In this document: one piece after another, positions 22,183 to 31,920 of the stretch
Numbering within the stretch: position 1 is the stretch's first letter
Layout of the letters: every line of letters starts with the position of its first letter
NCBI GenBank assembly: GCA_963785725.1
Contig: CAWAWS010000013.1
Location: 35,199-99,198, forward strand
Origin: an uncultured delta proteobacterium
Lineage (GTDB): Bacteria; Myxococcota_A; Polyangia; Palsa-1104
Direction of reading: 5' to 3'
Length of the DNA stretch: 64,000 nt
Made by a program: the position numbers and the translations under genes
Notes under the pieces: model-generated
What the model was told of the DNA's origin: nothing
Database searches by the model: none
Seen by the model: the letters and a program-made list of their open reading frames with translations, nothing else

Positions 22183-23345
22183 ACGGGGCGTGGCGTGAGG
22201 AAGATCAGGCCGCGGCGGAGCTGGTCCGTCGCGCGGCGCGGCTCGACATCGGTCCGCCGTCGGCGGCGCGAGCGCGCGTCTGGCTGGCCATCGGCGAAGG
22301 GCGGCGTCGCGAGCACGAGCGGCCGTCGCGGCGGCGGCTCGGCTACGCCATGTTCGCGGCGGGCGCGGCCTGCGCGGCGGCGATCGCGCTGGTGCTCGTG
22401 CCGCGGACACAGCATCAGGCGCAGTTCACGATCGCGTCGTCGGCCGAGCCGGCGGTGATCGATCTCGACGGCGACGGGCGCATCGTGGCCGGGCCGGCGA
22501 CGCTGGCGCGGCTGTCGCGGCAAGACGGCGCGGTGACGTTGACGCTCGAGCATGGCTCGTTGTTGGCGCACGTGCGGCCGCGCGCGGGCAAGCCGCCGTT
22601 CATCATCAAGACGGCACAGCTGACGGCGCGCGTCGTCGGCACGGTGCTGCGCGTGACGGCGCAAGAGGACGGCTCGGCGTCGGTGGCGGTCGGTCACGGC
22701 GCCGTCGAAGTGACGCCGAACGGGCAGCCGGCGCGCATCGTCCGCTCGGGGCAGCGCTGGCCGACGACGTCGACCGACGCGCCGGCGGCGGGCGAGCTGG
22801 AGCGCATGGGCGCGACCGATCTCGAAGGCGTGGACGCGGCGGCGCTGTCGCCCGTGCCGTCGCCGAGCGCGGCGGCGAAGACGAACCTGCCGTGCGACAA
22901 GCGGCCCGACGACGAGGCCGTGCAGTGCTGGCTCGCCGTCGCCGATCGCGCCAAAGACGCGACGCAGGCCGAGAGCGCGCTCTATCAAGCCGGCTTCTTG
23001 CGGATGCATGCGCTGCACGATCCGGCGTTCGCGCTCGGCATTTGGGAGCGGCAGCGCGATCGCTTCCCCAACGGCATCTTGGCCGACGAAGCGCAGACCT
23101 CGATCATCGACGCCTTGGTGGCGCTGTCGCGGACGCGCACGGCCGAAGCGGAGATCGCCGACTACTTGAAGGCGCATCCGCGCGGGCTGCGTTCGGCCGA
23201 GATGCACTTCGTGCGCGGCACGCTGCTGATGGCGAGCGATCACAACAGCTGCCGGCGCGCGGGCCGCGAGCTCGACGCGGCGCTGGCGCATCCGGCGGCA
23301 CCGTGGGCGGCGCGCGCACGTGCGGCTCGCGCCGCTTGTCGCTAA
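22179..23345 (+). CDS. FecR-domain anti-sigma factor with C-terminal TPR-like region
   Basis: Overlaps the sigma gene; one TM; LEHG..HV.P, VVGTVLRV, VGHGAVEV; RFPNG and HPRG motifs. Confidence 0.8.
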   Translation: MNGAWREEDQAAAELVRRAARLDIGPPSAARARVWLAIGEGRRREHERPSRRRLGYAMFAAGAACAAAIALVLVPRTQHQAQFTIASSAEPAVIDLDGDGRIVAGPATLARLSRQDGAVTLTLEHGSLLAHVRPRAGKPPFIIKTAQLTARVVGTVLRVTAQEDGSASVAVGHGAVEVTPNGQPARIVRSGQRWPTTSTDAPAAGELERMGATDLEGVDAAALSPVPSPSAAAKTNLPCDKRPDDEAVQCWLAVADRAKDATQAESALYQAGFLRMHALHDPAFALGIWERQRDRFPNGILADEAQTSIIDALVALSRTRTAEAEIADYLKAHPRGLRSAEMHFVRGTLLMASDHNSCRRAGRELDAALAHPAAPWAARARAARAACR

Positions 23346-23361
23346 CGGCCGAACGACGAAC

Positions 23362-24522
23362 ATGACGGCGCGCGCTTATTTGGCCGTCGCTGCGCTGGCC
23401 GCGAGCCTCGCCGGCTGCCATCACGACGACATCATCGGCACGCTCGGCTGCAGCACCTCGCGCGACTGCGAGCCGCCGGCCACGATCTGCTCCGCCGACG
23501 GCCGCTGCGTCACCGGCTGCATCAAGAACCCGAGCTTGTGCGTCGGCGGATCGACCTGTAACGCCAAGACCGGCGAGTGTCTCGGCGGCGCCATCGGCTC
23601 GCACTGCGCCAGCGACAACGACTGCGATCCGCCCGACGTCGTCTGCCGCACGTCCGACGGCACCTGTCAGCCCGGCTGCACCGTCAGCCCGGTGTGCGCG
23701 TCGAACGACGTCTGCAACGCGTCGTCGGGCCACTGCTGCACGCCCGGCGCCGCCGGCTGCCCGACGCTGACGCCGCCCGCCATCTCGTGCAACAGCGACG
23801 CCGACTGCCCCAACGTGCCGAGCACCATCTGCTCGGCCGGGTTGTGCGTGGCCGGCTGCGGCGCCGGCGGTCTGTGCGCGGGCGGGCTCGTGTGCGACTC
23901 CGCGACCGGCCATTGCCAATCGCCCAACCCCGAGTGCGCCCGCGACAGCGACTGCGACCCCGGCTCCTATTGCACGCAAGCCGGCGCCTGCGCCGTCCTC
24001 GCCTACGGCGGCACGCAAGAGTGCGCCGACGGCGCGCCCGACGTCTTGTACGCCTGCGCCACCGCGACGACGCCGGCCACGTTCACCAGCTGCGCCGGCG
24101 CCGCCGGCCCATCCGGCTGCCCCTACTGCATCGACGAGAGCTGCCTGCATCCCGGCGTGTGCGCCTCGAACGCCGACTGCCACGCCGGCGACGCCTGCAC
24201 CAACGGCTTGTGCATGGTGCAAAGCCCGCAGTGCCCGACGACCGTCACCATCGCCGACGTCTTCAAGGGCATCTACGCCGCCGGCAAAGAGGTCTGCATC
24301 CGCGGCACCGTGCAGCAGACGCGCTCGGGCGCCGACGGCGAGCTCGAGATCCGGCTCGACACGTCGCCCTACCTCTACGTCGACGTCGAGCCGATGTACA
24401 ACGCCGCCGGCGTCACGCTGCCGCAGGTGAATCAGACGGTGACGGTGCACGGCACGGTTCGCTGGGACGCCGGCCACCAGAATCGCGAGCTCCTGCCGGT
24501 CGACTGGATCTCCACGAACTAG
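23362..24522 (+). CDS. Cys-rich lipoprotein with C-terminal OB-fold-like domain
   Basis: Lipobox LAGC; repeated CxSxxDC units; C-terminal DGELEIRL...VTVHG..RWD..H..RELLPV. Confidence 0.72.
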   Translation: MTARAYLAVAALAASLAGCHHDDIIGTLGCSTSRDCEPPATICSADGRCVTGCIKNPSLCVGGSTCNAKTGECLGGAIGSHCASDNDCDPPDVVCRTSDGTCQPGCTVSPVCASNDVCNASSGHCCTPGAAGCPTLTPPAISCNSDADCPNVPSTICSAGLCVAGCGAGGLCAGGLVCDSATGHCQSPNPECARDSDCDPGSYCTQAGACAVLAYGGTQECADGAPDVLYACATATTPATFTSCAGAAGPSGCPYCIDESCLHPGVCASNADCHAGDACTNGLCMVQSPQCPTTVTIADVFKGIYAAGKEVCIRGTVQQTRSGADGELEIRLDTSPYLYVDVEPMYNAAGVTLPQVNQTVTVHGTVRWDAGHQNRELLPVDWISTN

Positions 24523-24575
24523 GATTCGACGCCGGTCACACCTTTTATGCCGCGGATCGTCGATACTTTGCGGCG

Positions 24576-27500
24576 ATGAAGTCGCAGTCTCTGCCTGTCG
24601 ATCGTCCGCTCGCGCTGCTCGTGATCGCGGCCCTCTGTGTCTCTTGCGCCGGCTCGTCGCGCCTGGTCGTGCCGCCGCTGCTGCCGTCCGCGCGCGGCGC
24701 CGACGCCGACGTCACCGCGCTCGTCGCCGACTTTTGGGGCGCGCAGTTCACGCTCCCCGACATCCAAGCGCGCGCCGCGCAGGTGATCGCGCGCCATCCC
24801 GGCGACGCGCGCGCCGAGGAAGTCGCCGCCTATGCCGCATTTCTCGAGGGCAACGCCGACGAGTCGTCGCGCCATCTGCTCGCCGCCGCCGCCGACCTGC
24901 GCTCCGACGTCACCGAAGTCTACTTGTGGCAGCACGCCAGCGACGGCAGCCGCGCCGAGCGCCTCGCCTGGCGCACGCTCGAGGAGCGGCTGGCGCAAAA
25001 TCATCCGCGCGCCGCCGTGCGCGCGATGGCGACGCTGCAGCTCTTGACGCTGGCCGATCTCGAAGGCCGCTTCGACGACAGCATTCGCCTCAGCCGCTCG
25101 CTCGGCTTCCTCGACGATTGGATGGTCCTCGGCGCGCTCGAGAATGACCAAGGCAAGGGCTTCTTGACCGAATACGCGCCGGAGAAGCCGACGCCGATCG
25201 ATTTCGCGGCCAAGGTTCTGGGACCGCTGGTGCCGCTCACCTGGCGCCACGCGACCACTGCACGCACGGGCGAGGTGCCGTTGGCGCAGATGATGTGGCC
25301 GCACGAATACGCGCTCGCCTATCTCGTGACCTGGGTGCACAGCGACGGCGAGCGCGAGGCGCAGCTGCGGCTGTCGTCGGGCGGCCCGCTGCGCGCGTGG
25401 TGCAACGACGGGCTCGTGCTGTCGGAAGAGGGCGTCACGCGCGGCGACCTCGACACGCTCAACGCGCCGGTGACGCTGCACGCCGGCTGGAACAAGATCC
25501 TCGTCAAGAGCGCGCAGCGGCGCGGCGACTGGTGGCTGCGCGCGCGCCTCACCGACGCCGACGGGGCAGCGCTGAGCGGCCTCACCGCCTCCTCGGCGGC
25601 GCAGAAGTACGAGCCGGGACCGTCGCGCGCCGAGCCGTCGTCGCTGCCGCCGTCGTCGCTCAAGGAGGGTCCCGAGAATCGCCGCAACTTCTTCTGGGCC
25701 GAGCAGGCGACGCGCGCCGGCCGCGATCGCACGGCGCTGTCGTCGCTGCAGCGGTTCCTCGACGACGCGCCGCACAACCTGATGGCGATGTACTACGGCG
25801 CGCTCGCCTCCTGGCGCAACGACGAGCTCGGTCGCACGATCGATCTGCTCGACGCCGGCGTGACCGCGACCGCGGGCAAAGCGAGCGCCATTTTGCGTTA
25901 TCGCGCCGAGTACTACATGCAGAAGCAGCTGTTCGAGAAGGCGCAGATCGATCTGCTGGCGGCCGTCGCGGTCGGGCCGTGGACGCGGCAGTCGCAGCTG
26001 AAGCTGGCCGAGCTGTACGCCGAGCGCAACTGGGCCGTCGACGCCTGCCGCGTGCTCGACACGGCGTTGACGCGCTGGCCCGACGCCGTCCCGTTGCGCT
26101 TCGCCGCCGCGCGCTGCGCCGACACGCAAGGCTACGACGACGTCGAGCGCCGCCACATCGAGCGCGTGCTCGCGCTCGAGCCTGGCTCGGACGCGGCGGT
26201 CGGCCGCAAGCTGGCGCTCGATCGCCGGCTCCACGATCTATCGGCGATGCGGCGCGATCTGCAGCGCCTGCAGCGCATCGATCCCTGGTCGTCGGTCTAC
26301 GCGGACGAGCTCGGCGACCTGGCGCGCCGGCGCGGCGACTCGGCCACGGCGCGCCGGCAGTGGCAGCGCGCCGTCACGCTCGCGCCCGAGCGGCCGACGG
26401 CCTACGCCGACTTGGCGCTCTTGGCCTACGCCGAGCGGCAGCCGGCGCAGGCGTTGACGCTGTGGAAAGCGGCGCACGAGCGCGATCCCAACAACAGCGC
26501 CGTCGCCCAGCGCATCGAGCTCTTGGAGCCGACGCGTCTCGGCATTCTCGAGAAATACGTGCCCGATGACGCGGCCATCGATCGCGCGCTCAGGACAACG
26601 CCGCAAAAAGGCGCCGGCAGCCAGAGCGCGATCCTGCTCGACAGCGAAGTGGTCGAGATTCACAACGACGGCAGCTGGCGGCGCGTCGTGACGACGGTGG
26701 CGACGCCGTTCAACGTGCAAGGCCGCGACGCGCTGACCGAAGTGCAGCTGCCGAAGCACCCGTCGCTCAAGGTGTTGCGCGCGTATGCCATCAGCGCGAG
26801 CGGCGAGCGGCAAGAGGCGTCGTCGATTCGCAACGGGCAGGTCCGCTTTCGTAACCTGCAAGTGGGCAGCAAAGTGGTGCTGCAATATGTCGACTACGAA
26901 GCGCAGCAGACCTACTTGCCGGGAGCGATGGCGCGCAGCTGGTATTTCCAGAGCTCGTCGGCGCAGCTGGAGGACGCGCAGCTCGTGCTGCTCGTGCCCG
27001 ATGGCCGCACGCTGCACCGGCAGATCATCGGCAAAGTGACCGAGGCGCAGTCGGTCGACGGCGACGCGCCCGGCTACACGATCCATCGCTTCACGGCGCA
27101 GCACATGCCGGCGCTGTTGCCGGAGAAGCACATGTCGCCGGCGATCGATCTGTTGGCGCAGGTCGACGCCTCGACGGTGGAGAGCTGGGACGATTACGCG
27201 CGCTGGGAGCGCGCGCTCTTGACCGACGCGTTTCATACGAACCCCAAGATCGACGCGCTCGTGGACGGGCTCATCGTCGGCGCCAAGACGCCGCGCGAGA
27301 AATTGGACCGGCTGTTTCACTATGCGGCGCAAGAGATTCGCTACCAGCAGGATTACGAGAACTCGATCGCGGGCGTGCGGCCGCACGCGGCGTCGGCGGT
27401 CATCGAGCGCGGCTACGGCGACTGCAAGGACAAGGCGGTCCTCCTGATGCAGATGGCCAAGCGCGTCGGGCTCGAGCTGCGCTTCGCCATTTTGCGGACG

Positions 27501-28415
27501 ACGCCGGCCGGCAAGATCCGGCGCGACGTGCCCAATCAGCAGTTCAACCACGCCATCGTCTACGTGCCGGCGCAAAAGGGCATCGAGCAGCCGTTCTTCA
27601 TGGATCCGACGTCGGACGGGCTCGACATGGGCAACCTGCGCGCCGACGATCAAGGCGCCACGTCGCTGGTGATGGATCCGGCGAGCGGTCGCTTCGAGTT
27701 CATCGACATTCCCTATCAAGCGCCGGAGCTCGACTTCGATCGCCACAAGATCCGCATCGACGTGAAGTCACCGACGGAGGCGCTGGCGACGGACGAGCTG
27801 CAGATTCGCGGCGCGTCGGCGATGTTCCTGCGCATGGTCGTGCGCAACGAGGCGCTGGCGAAGAAGGCCTACGAAGGCATCATCGCGCAGCTCTATCCGG
27901 GCGCGACGCTGCGCAGCGGTAAGACGCCGCCGAAAGAGGACACGTGGCAGCCGGTGAGCTTGTCGCTCGACGTCGACGCGTCGGCGGCGCTGCAGGCCGA
28001 GGACACCCAGTGGCGCCTGCGGCTGCCGGAGCTGTTGGGCTTGCCGCCGTCGATCATCGACATCAAGCAGCGCGAGACGCCGTTGCGCTTGGGTCCGCCG
28101 GGGGTGTCGCACTACGAGATCGAAGCGTCGGTGCCGGCGGGCTACAAGATCGTGCGCGCGCCCAAGGACATGAGCGTCGAGCACGCCTGCTTCACGCTGT
28201 CGCGCAAAGGGCACGTCGACGGGCAGGCGCTGTCGCTGCAGATCGATCTCGTGCGCCGCTGCAGCGACATCAGCGTCGCCGACTACGAGCAGTTTCGCGC
28301 GGCCGTGCAGAAGGCGACGCATAGCCTGCAAGAGCAGGTCGTGTTCGACAAGCTGGAGCCGCCGACGCCGGCGCCGCCGCTGCCGGCGCCGAAGACGAAG
28401 CACAAGCGCGGCTGA
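24576..28415 (+). CDS. Large TPR + DUF3857 + transglutaminase-like protein (probable lipoprotein)
   Basis: Triad motifs GDCKDKA, FNHAIVY, FMDPT; TPR helices; LHAGWNKILVK beta-sandwich. Confidence 0.82.
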   Translation: MKSQSLPVDRPLALLVIAALCVSCAGSSRLVVPPLLPSARGADADVTALVADFWGAQFTLPDIQARAAQVIARHPGDARAEEVAAYAAFLEGNADESSRHLLAAAADLRSDVTEVYLWQHASDGSRAERLAWRTLEERLAQNHPRAAVRAMATLQLLTLADLEGRFDDSIRLSRSLGFLDDWMVLGALENDQGKGFLTEYAPEKPTPIDFAAKVLGPLVPLTWRHATTARTGEVPLAQMMWPHEYALAYLVTWVHSDGEREAQLRLSSGGPLRAWCNDGLVLSEEGVTRGDLDTLNAPVTLHAGWNKILVKSAQRRGDWWLRARLTDADGAALSGLTASSAAQKYEPGPSRAEPSSLPPSSLKEGPENRRNFFWAEQATRAGRDRTALSSLQRFLDDAPHNLMAMYYGALASWRNDELGRTIDLLDAGVTATAGKASAILRYRAEYYMQKQLFEKAQIDLLAAVAVGPWTRQSQLKLAELYAERNWAVDACRVLDTALTRWPDAVPLRFAAARCADTQGYDDVERRHIERVLALEPGSDAAVGRKLALDRRLHDLSAMRRDLQRLQRIDPWSSVYADELGDLARRRGDSATARRQWQRAVTLAPERPTAYADLALLAYAERQPAQALTLWKAAHERDPNNSAVAQRIELLEPTRLGILEKYVPDDAAIDRALRTTPQKGAGSQSAILLDSEVVEIHNDGSWRRVVTTVATPFNVQGRDALTEVQLPKHPSLKVLRAYAISASGERQEASSIRNGQVRFRNLQVGSKVVLQYVDYEAQQTYLPGAMARSWYFQSSSAQLEDAQLVLLVPDGRTLHRQIIGKVTEAQSVDGDAPGYTIHRFTAQHMPALLPEKHMSPAIDLLAQVDASTVESWDDYARWERALLTDAFHTNPKIDALVDGLIVGAKTPREKLDRLFHYAAQEIRYQQDYENSIAGVRPHAASAVIERGYGDCKDKAVLLMQMAKRVGLELRFAILRTTPAGKIRRDVPNQQFNHAIVYVPAQKGIEQPFFMDPTSDGLDMGNLRADDQGATSLVMDPASGRFEFIDIPYQAPELDFDRHKIRIDVKSPTEALATDELQIRGASAMFLRMVVRNEALAKKAYEGIIAQLYPGATLRSGKTPPKEDTWQPVSLSLDVDASAALQAEDTQWRLRLPELLGLPPSIIDIKQRETPLRLGPPGVSHYEIEASVPAGYKIVRAPKDMSVEHACFTLSRKGHVDGQALSLQIDLVRRCSDISVADYEQFRAAVQKATHSLQEQVVFDKLEPPTPAPPLPAPKTKHKRG

Positions 28416-28418
28416 GCG

Positions 28419-28787
28419 TCAGGCGGCGCGGACGCGATGGGTCTCGACGGCCGTGAGCAGCACGTCGAGGCGGATCGGCTTACGCAGGAAGGCGGCGGCG
28501 CCCGGTGGCGGCGGCTGCTCGCCGGCGGCCGAGATGACGACCACCGGCAGCTGCGCCAGCCGATCGTCGGCGCGCAGCTCGGCCAAGAGCTGCCAGCCGT
28601 TCATGATCGGCATCCACAGATCGAGCAGCACCAAGCAGACCCCGTCGACCTGCCGCAGCTTGGCCAGGCCGTCGGCGCCGTTGGCCGCTTGCACGACGGC
28701 GAAGCCTTCGTCCTCGAGCAACGCCGCCATCGTCTCGCGGATGCCGTCGTCGTCCTCGATGAGCAAGATCGTGTTCGCGGCAGCCAC
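28419..28787 (-). CDS. Single-domain response regulator (REC)
   Basis: ILLIEDD, LLDLWMP.MNG, VVISA, FLRKP. Confidence 0.9.
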   Translation of the reverse strand: MAAANTILLIEDDDGIRETMAALLEDEGFAVVQAANGADGLAKLRQVDGVCLVLLDLWMPIMNGWQLLAELRADDRLAQLPVVVISAAGEQPPPPGAAAFLRKPIRLDVLLTAVETHRVRAA

Positions 28788-28839
28788 GCCCCTCGATCGT
28801 ATTACGCGGCTCGGTCGGAGCAACAAGATTTCGGCGCAC

Positions 28840-28871
28840 TTGACTGACCGGCGGTCACTGACCTATGGTCA
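28840..28871 (+). promoter_or_regulatory. Sigma70-like promoter overlapped by tandem TGACC-N3-GGTCA palindromes (TetR operator)
   Basis: TTGACT-N18-TATGGT; TGACCGGCGGTCA 28845-28857 and TGACCTATGGTCA 28859-28871. Confidence 0.65.
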
Positions 28872-28880
28872 TCGAGAACG

Positions 28881-29531
28881 ATGGCCGCCATCCGCTCCGC
28901 TCGCCAAATCCGTGCCGACGATACGCGCGCTCGGCTGTTCGCCGCCGCGGTCGAGCTGTTCGAGGTTCGTGGCTATCATGACACCACGATCGACGCCATC
29001 GTCAAGCGCGCCGGCGTGGCCAAGGGCACGTTCTTCGTTCACTTCGCGACCAAGGACGCCGTCATCAGCGAGCTGCAGATTCGGCAGATGCGCGGCGCCC
29101 GTCGCGCTCGCGCCGCGGTCGTCGAAGCCGGCGGCGGACCGTTGGCGGCGCTGCGCGCCACCATTCAGTCGCTCGGCGAGCAGGCCGCGCGCAGCCGCGA
29201 GCTGGCCCGCGCCATCTTCAGCGCCACGCTCGACAACGCGCTCGTCTCGGGCGGCGCCGAGGGGCTCTTCGACGAGATCCTGGCCGAGATGATCGCCGAC
29301 GCGCGCGCCGCGGTCGTCGCCGGCGAGCTCGGCCGTGGTCGCGATGGCGAGCGCTTGGCGCGCGCGCTGCTCGCCGTCTACTTGGGCTCGGCGCTGCACT
29401 TCGCGTCCAGCCGCGGATCGACGCCGCTGCTCGACGTGCTCATGCCGCTGGTCGACGCGAATGTCGAAGGATTTCGCGAGCCGGCGCACCCGCCGCGACC
29501 GACCGCGCGCCGTCCCCGTCGCCGCGGCTGA
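28881..29531 (+). CDS. TetR/AcrR family transcriptional regulator
   Basis: GYHDTTIDAIVKRAGVAKGTFFVHFATKD HTH. Confidence 0.92.
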   Translation: MAAIRSARQIRADDTRARLFAAAVELFEVRGYHDTTIDAIVKRAGVAKGTFFVHFATKDAVISELQIRQMRGARRARAAVVEAGGGPLAALRATIQSLGEQAARSRELARAIFSATLDNALVSGGAEGLFDEILAEMIADARAAVVAGELGRGRDGERLARALLAVYLGSALHFASSRGSTPLLDVLMPLVDANVEGFREPAHPPRPTARRPRRRG

Positions 29532-29553
29532 ATTGCGCGCTTATACTGCGCTC

Positions 29554-30159
29554 ATGCGCCGCATCATCCTCGCGAGCCTCTTGTCGGCAGGTTGCGCCAC
29601 GACGCCGGCCGGTCCCGCCGTTCATTATGCCGGTCAGCCGTTCGACCTCGAGCAGCGACCGGGACGCATCAGCGGACAAGTGTGCGGCATGGACTTGATG
29701 CTCGACGTCCAAGCGCGCGGCGGCAACGTGCAGCTCGTCGGCTTCATCGACGGCAACATGGCCGTCGAGCTCAACGCCAAAGACGAGGCCGACGGCCGCC
29801 ACGTCACCGGTCGCATCGGCGCCGCCGCCGGCGACTCGGCCGTCGACGTCAAGCTGACCGCGACCTCGCTGTCGGGCCGCGTCGGCTTCCGCTACTTCGA
29901 CCTGCACGGCACCAACGACGACACGCTGGCGGGCACGATGCGCATCGCCGGCGCGCAGGACGTGGCCCAAGCGACCGTCGAAGGGCGCGCGCAGCTGGCG
30001 GCGCTGGCGCCGGCGGTGCAAGCCGCGCTCGTGCCGACGCTGCTCGAGTGCAACGTGCAGCGCATCGGCCAGTGGGGTCGCAGCTCGCTCCTCGTGCGCG
30101 TCGGCGGTCCGGCCGGCGCGCTGCCGCACGAATCGAGCGCACTTTACACACACGATTAG
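29554..30159 (+). CDS. Hypothetical lipoprotein
   Basis: MRRIILASLLSAGC lipobox. Confidence 0.65.
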   Translation: MRRIILASLLSAGCATTPAGPAVHYAGQPFDLEQRPGRISGQVCGMDLMLDVQARGGNVQLVGFIDGNMAVELNAKDEADGRHVTGRIGAAAGDSAVDVKLTATSLSGRVGFRYFDLHGTNDDTLAGTMRIAGAQDVAQATVEGRAQLAALAPAVQAALVPTLLECNVQRIGQWGRSSLLVRVGGPAGALPHESSALYTHD

Positions 30160-30249
30160 GCCGCCGAAGCGCGCGCATCCGTAGCCGTTCCGCAGCGGCT
30201 TTGGCACTTCGTCGTTGCATTGGCGCCACCGTTTCATCACCATTCGGCG

Positions 30250-31188
30250 ATGCGCGCGCGCATAAGGCCCGAAGAAGCGCTGCTCGTCATCTACGCTGTG
30301 GCGCTCGTCGCCATCATGGCGGTGACCGGGCATTGGAGCTTCACGAGCACGATGCACGTGCGCTTTCTGCAGTGCTTTCTCGCGCTGGCGCTGCTGATTC
30401 TGGCGCGCGGCTGGGTGCGCGCCGACGGCTATGGCTGGTCGGCGATTCGCACGGCGCTGCCGCCGGCGCTGACCGTCGTCCGTGATTTCACGCCGTTTCT
30501 GCTGGCGCTCCTGCTCTACGAATCGCTGCACGATCTGACGCCGCTCATTCGTCACGACGTCGTCGACGCCACCCTCATCGCCATCGATCGCCGGCTCTTC
30601 CACGTCGACGTCGCCGTCTGGATGGGCCGCTTCGCGACGCCGCTTTTGACCCGCTATCTCGTCTTTTGCTACCTCAGCTACTTCTTCGCGCCGGCGATCT
30701 TGGCGGCGCTGATCTATTGGACCGGCCAGCGCCAGCTCTTCCGCGACTTCCTAGTCTCGCTGTGCGTGACGACGCTGCTCGGCTACAGCGGCTATCTGCT
30801 CGTGCCCGCCGTCGGCCCGTACGTTTTTCAGGCGCAGCTATTCAACGGCAGTCGGCTGCCCGGCGGCGGTCTCGCCAGCCAGTCGTCGTTCATCTACACG
30901 ATCGACGCCTGGAAAGGCTACGCGCGCGACTGTTTCCCGTCGCTGCACACGGCGCACACGACGGTCGTGCTGGTGTTCGCGCGCCGCTTCTCGCGCCGGG
31001 CGTTCCTCGCGTACTTGCCGATCGCGCTCGGGCTCTACGTCTCGACGCTCTATCTGCGCATGCACTACGCGATCGACGTCGCGGCCGGTTTCGCGACCGC
31101 GGCGCTGGCGACTTGGATCGGGCCGCGCCTCGAACGCTGGTGGCACGCCGGCGACGATTCGCTGCGACCGGCGCGCCAGCCGGAGTAG
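30250..31188 (+). CDS. PAP2-superfamily membrane enzyme (Aur1/inositol-phosphoceramide synthase-like)
   Basis: YLLVPAVGP, CFPSLHTA, HYAIDVAAG; multiple TMs. Confidence 0.8.
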   Translation: MRARIRPEEALLVIYAVALVAIMAVTGHWSFTSTMHVRFLQCFLALALLILARGWVRADGYGWSAIRTALPPALTVVRDFTPFLLALLLYESLHDLTPLIRHDVVDATLIAIDRRLFHVDVAVWMGRFATPLLTRYLVFCYLSYFFAPAILAALIYWTGQRQLFRDFLVSLCVTTLLGYSGYLLVPAVGPYVFQAQLFNGSRLPGGGLASQSSFIYTIDAWKGYARDCFPSLHTAHTTVVLVFARRFSRRAFLAYLPIALGLYVSTLYLRMHYAIDVAAGFATAALATWIGPRLERWWHAGDDSLRPARQPE

Positions 31189-31197
31189 TCTCGCGCC

Positions 31198-31455
31198 ATG
31201 ACGATCGAAGAGCAGTTTACCGACGCGCAAGCGCGGGTGAAGACGTTGCCGGCGGTGCCCGGCGCCGATGTGCTGTTGCAGCTCTACGCGCTCTACAAAC
31301 AAGGCGCCGTCGGCGACGTCGACGGCAAGCGCCCCGGCATGCTCGACATCCGCGGGCGCGCCAAGTGGGACGCGTGGGCGGCGGTCAAAGGCACGGCCAA
31401 GCCGGCCGCGATGCAGCAGTACGTCGCGCTCGTCGACCGCCTCCTCGCCCGCTAA
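31198..31455 (+). CDS. Acyl-CoA-binding protein (ACBP)
   Basis: LLQLYALYKQG..GD...RPGMLD.RGRAKWDAW...G....AMQQY. Confidence 0.93.
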   Translation: MTIEEQFTDAQARVKTLPAVPGADVLLQLYALYKQGAVGDVDGKRPGMLDIRGRAKWDAWAAVKGTAKPAAMQQYVALVDRLLAR

Positions 31456-31632
31456 TCGCCCCATCAGCTCGTGGTGTCAAACCCCACGCAGCCAGCCAGT
31501 CGGCCTGCAAAAATCTAAATTGCATGTACCTTCGTCACTTGTCAGCGTCTTTGTTCTGTGGTGTGTATATCCACAACGAGCAAGAGCCAGGACGGCGGCC
31601 GCGGCTGGGTCGCCATTGGTTGGGCGGGGGAG

Positions 31633-31920
31633 ATGGTGCCGAAGCCGGTGACGCATCCGAAGACGCGGGCGTGGCTGTTGTGGCTCGCGCGGCGAATTCG
31701 CGCCGAAGGGCGCAGCATTTTGACGCGCGAGCCGTCGTTGGTCGATCGGTCGGTGGGCGTGCCGCTGTTTTACGAAGATCGCGCGCAGGCCAGCGATTGG
31801 TGCGACTACGCGGCGGAGATCGTCGAAGCCGGCGCCGGCGAGGCGAGCGGCGAGCCTGACGACGAGGCGCCGCTGCGGCTGAACGAGCTGACGCGCATCA
31901 AGCCGGATCGGCGGTCGTAA
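31633..31920 (+). CDS. Hypothetical protein (start uncertain; ORF is open from 31558)
   Basis: GC3-biased ORF; GGAG just before ATG 31633. Confidence 0.4.
   Translation: MVPKPVTHPKTRAWLLWLARRIRAEGRSILTREPSLVDRSVGVPLFYEDRAQASDWCDYAAEIVEAGAGEASGEPDDEAPLRLNELTRIKPDRRS

Noticed and set aside
23577..24575. N-terminal extension giving a 1612-aa ORF
   Set aside because: Arg-rich off-frame overlap with the Cys-rich lipoprotein; the plausible start is 24576
31500..31580. AT-rich stretch with ATATCCACA as a DnaA box or origin
   Set aside because: Only one imperfect box and no origin-associated genes; more likely a promoter region
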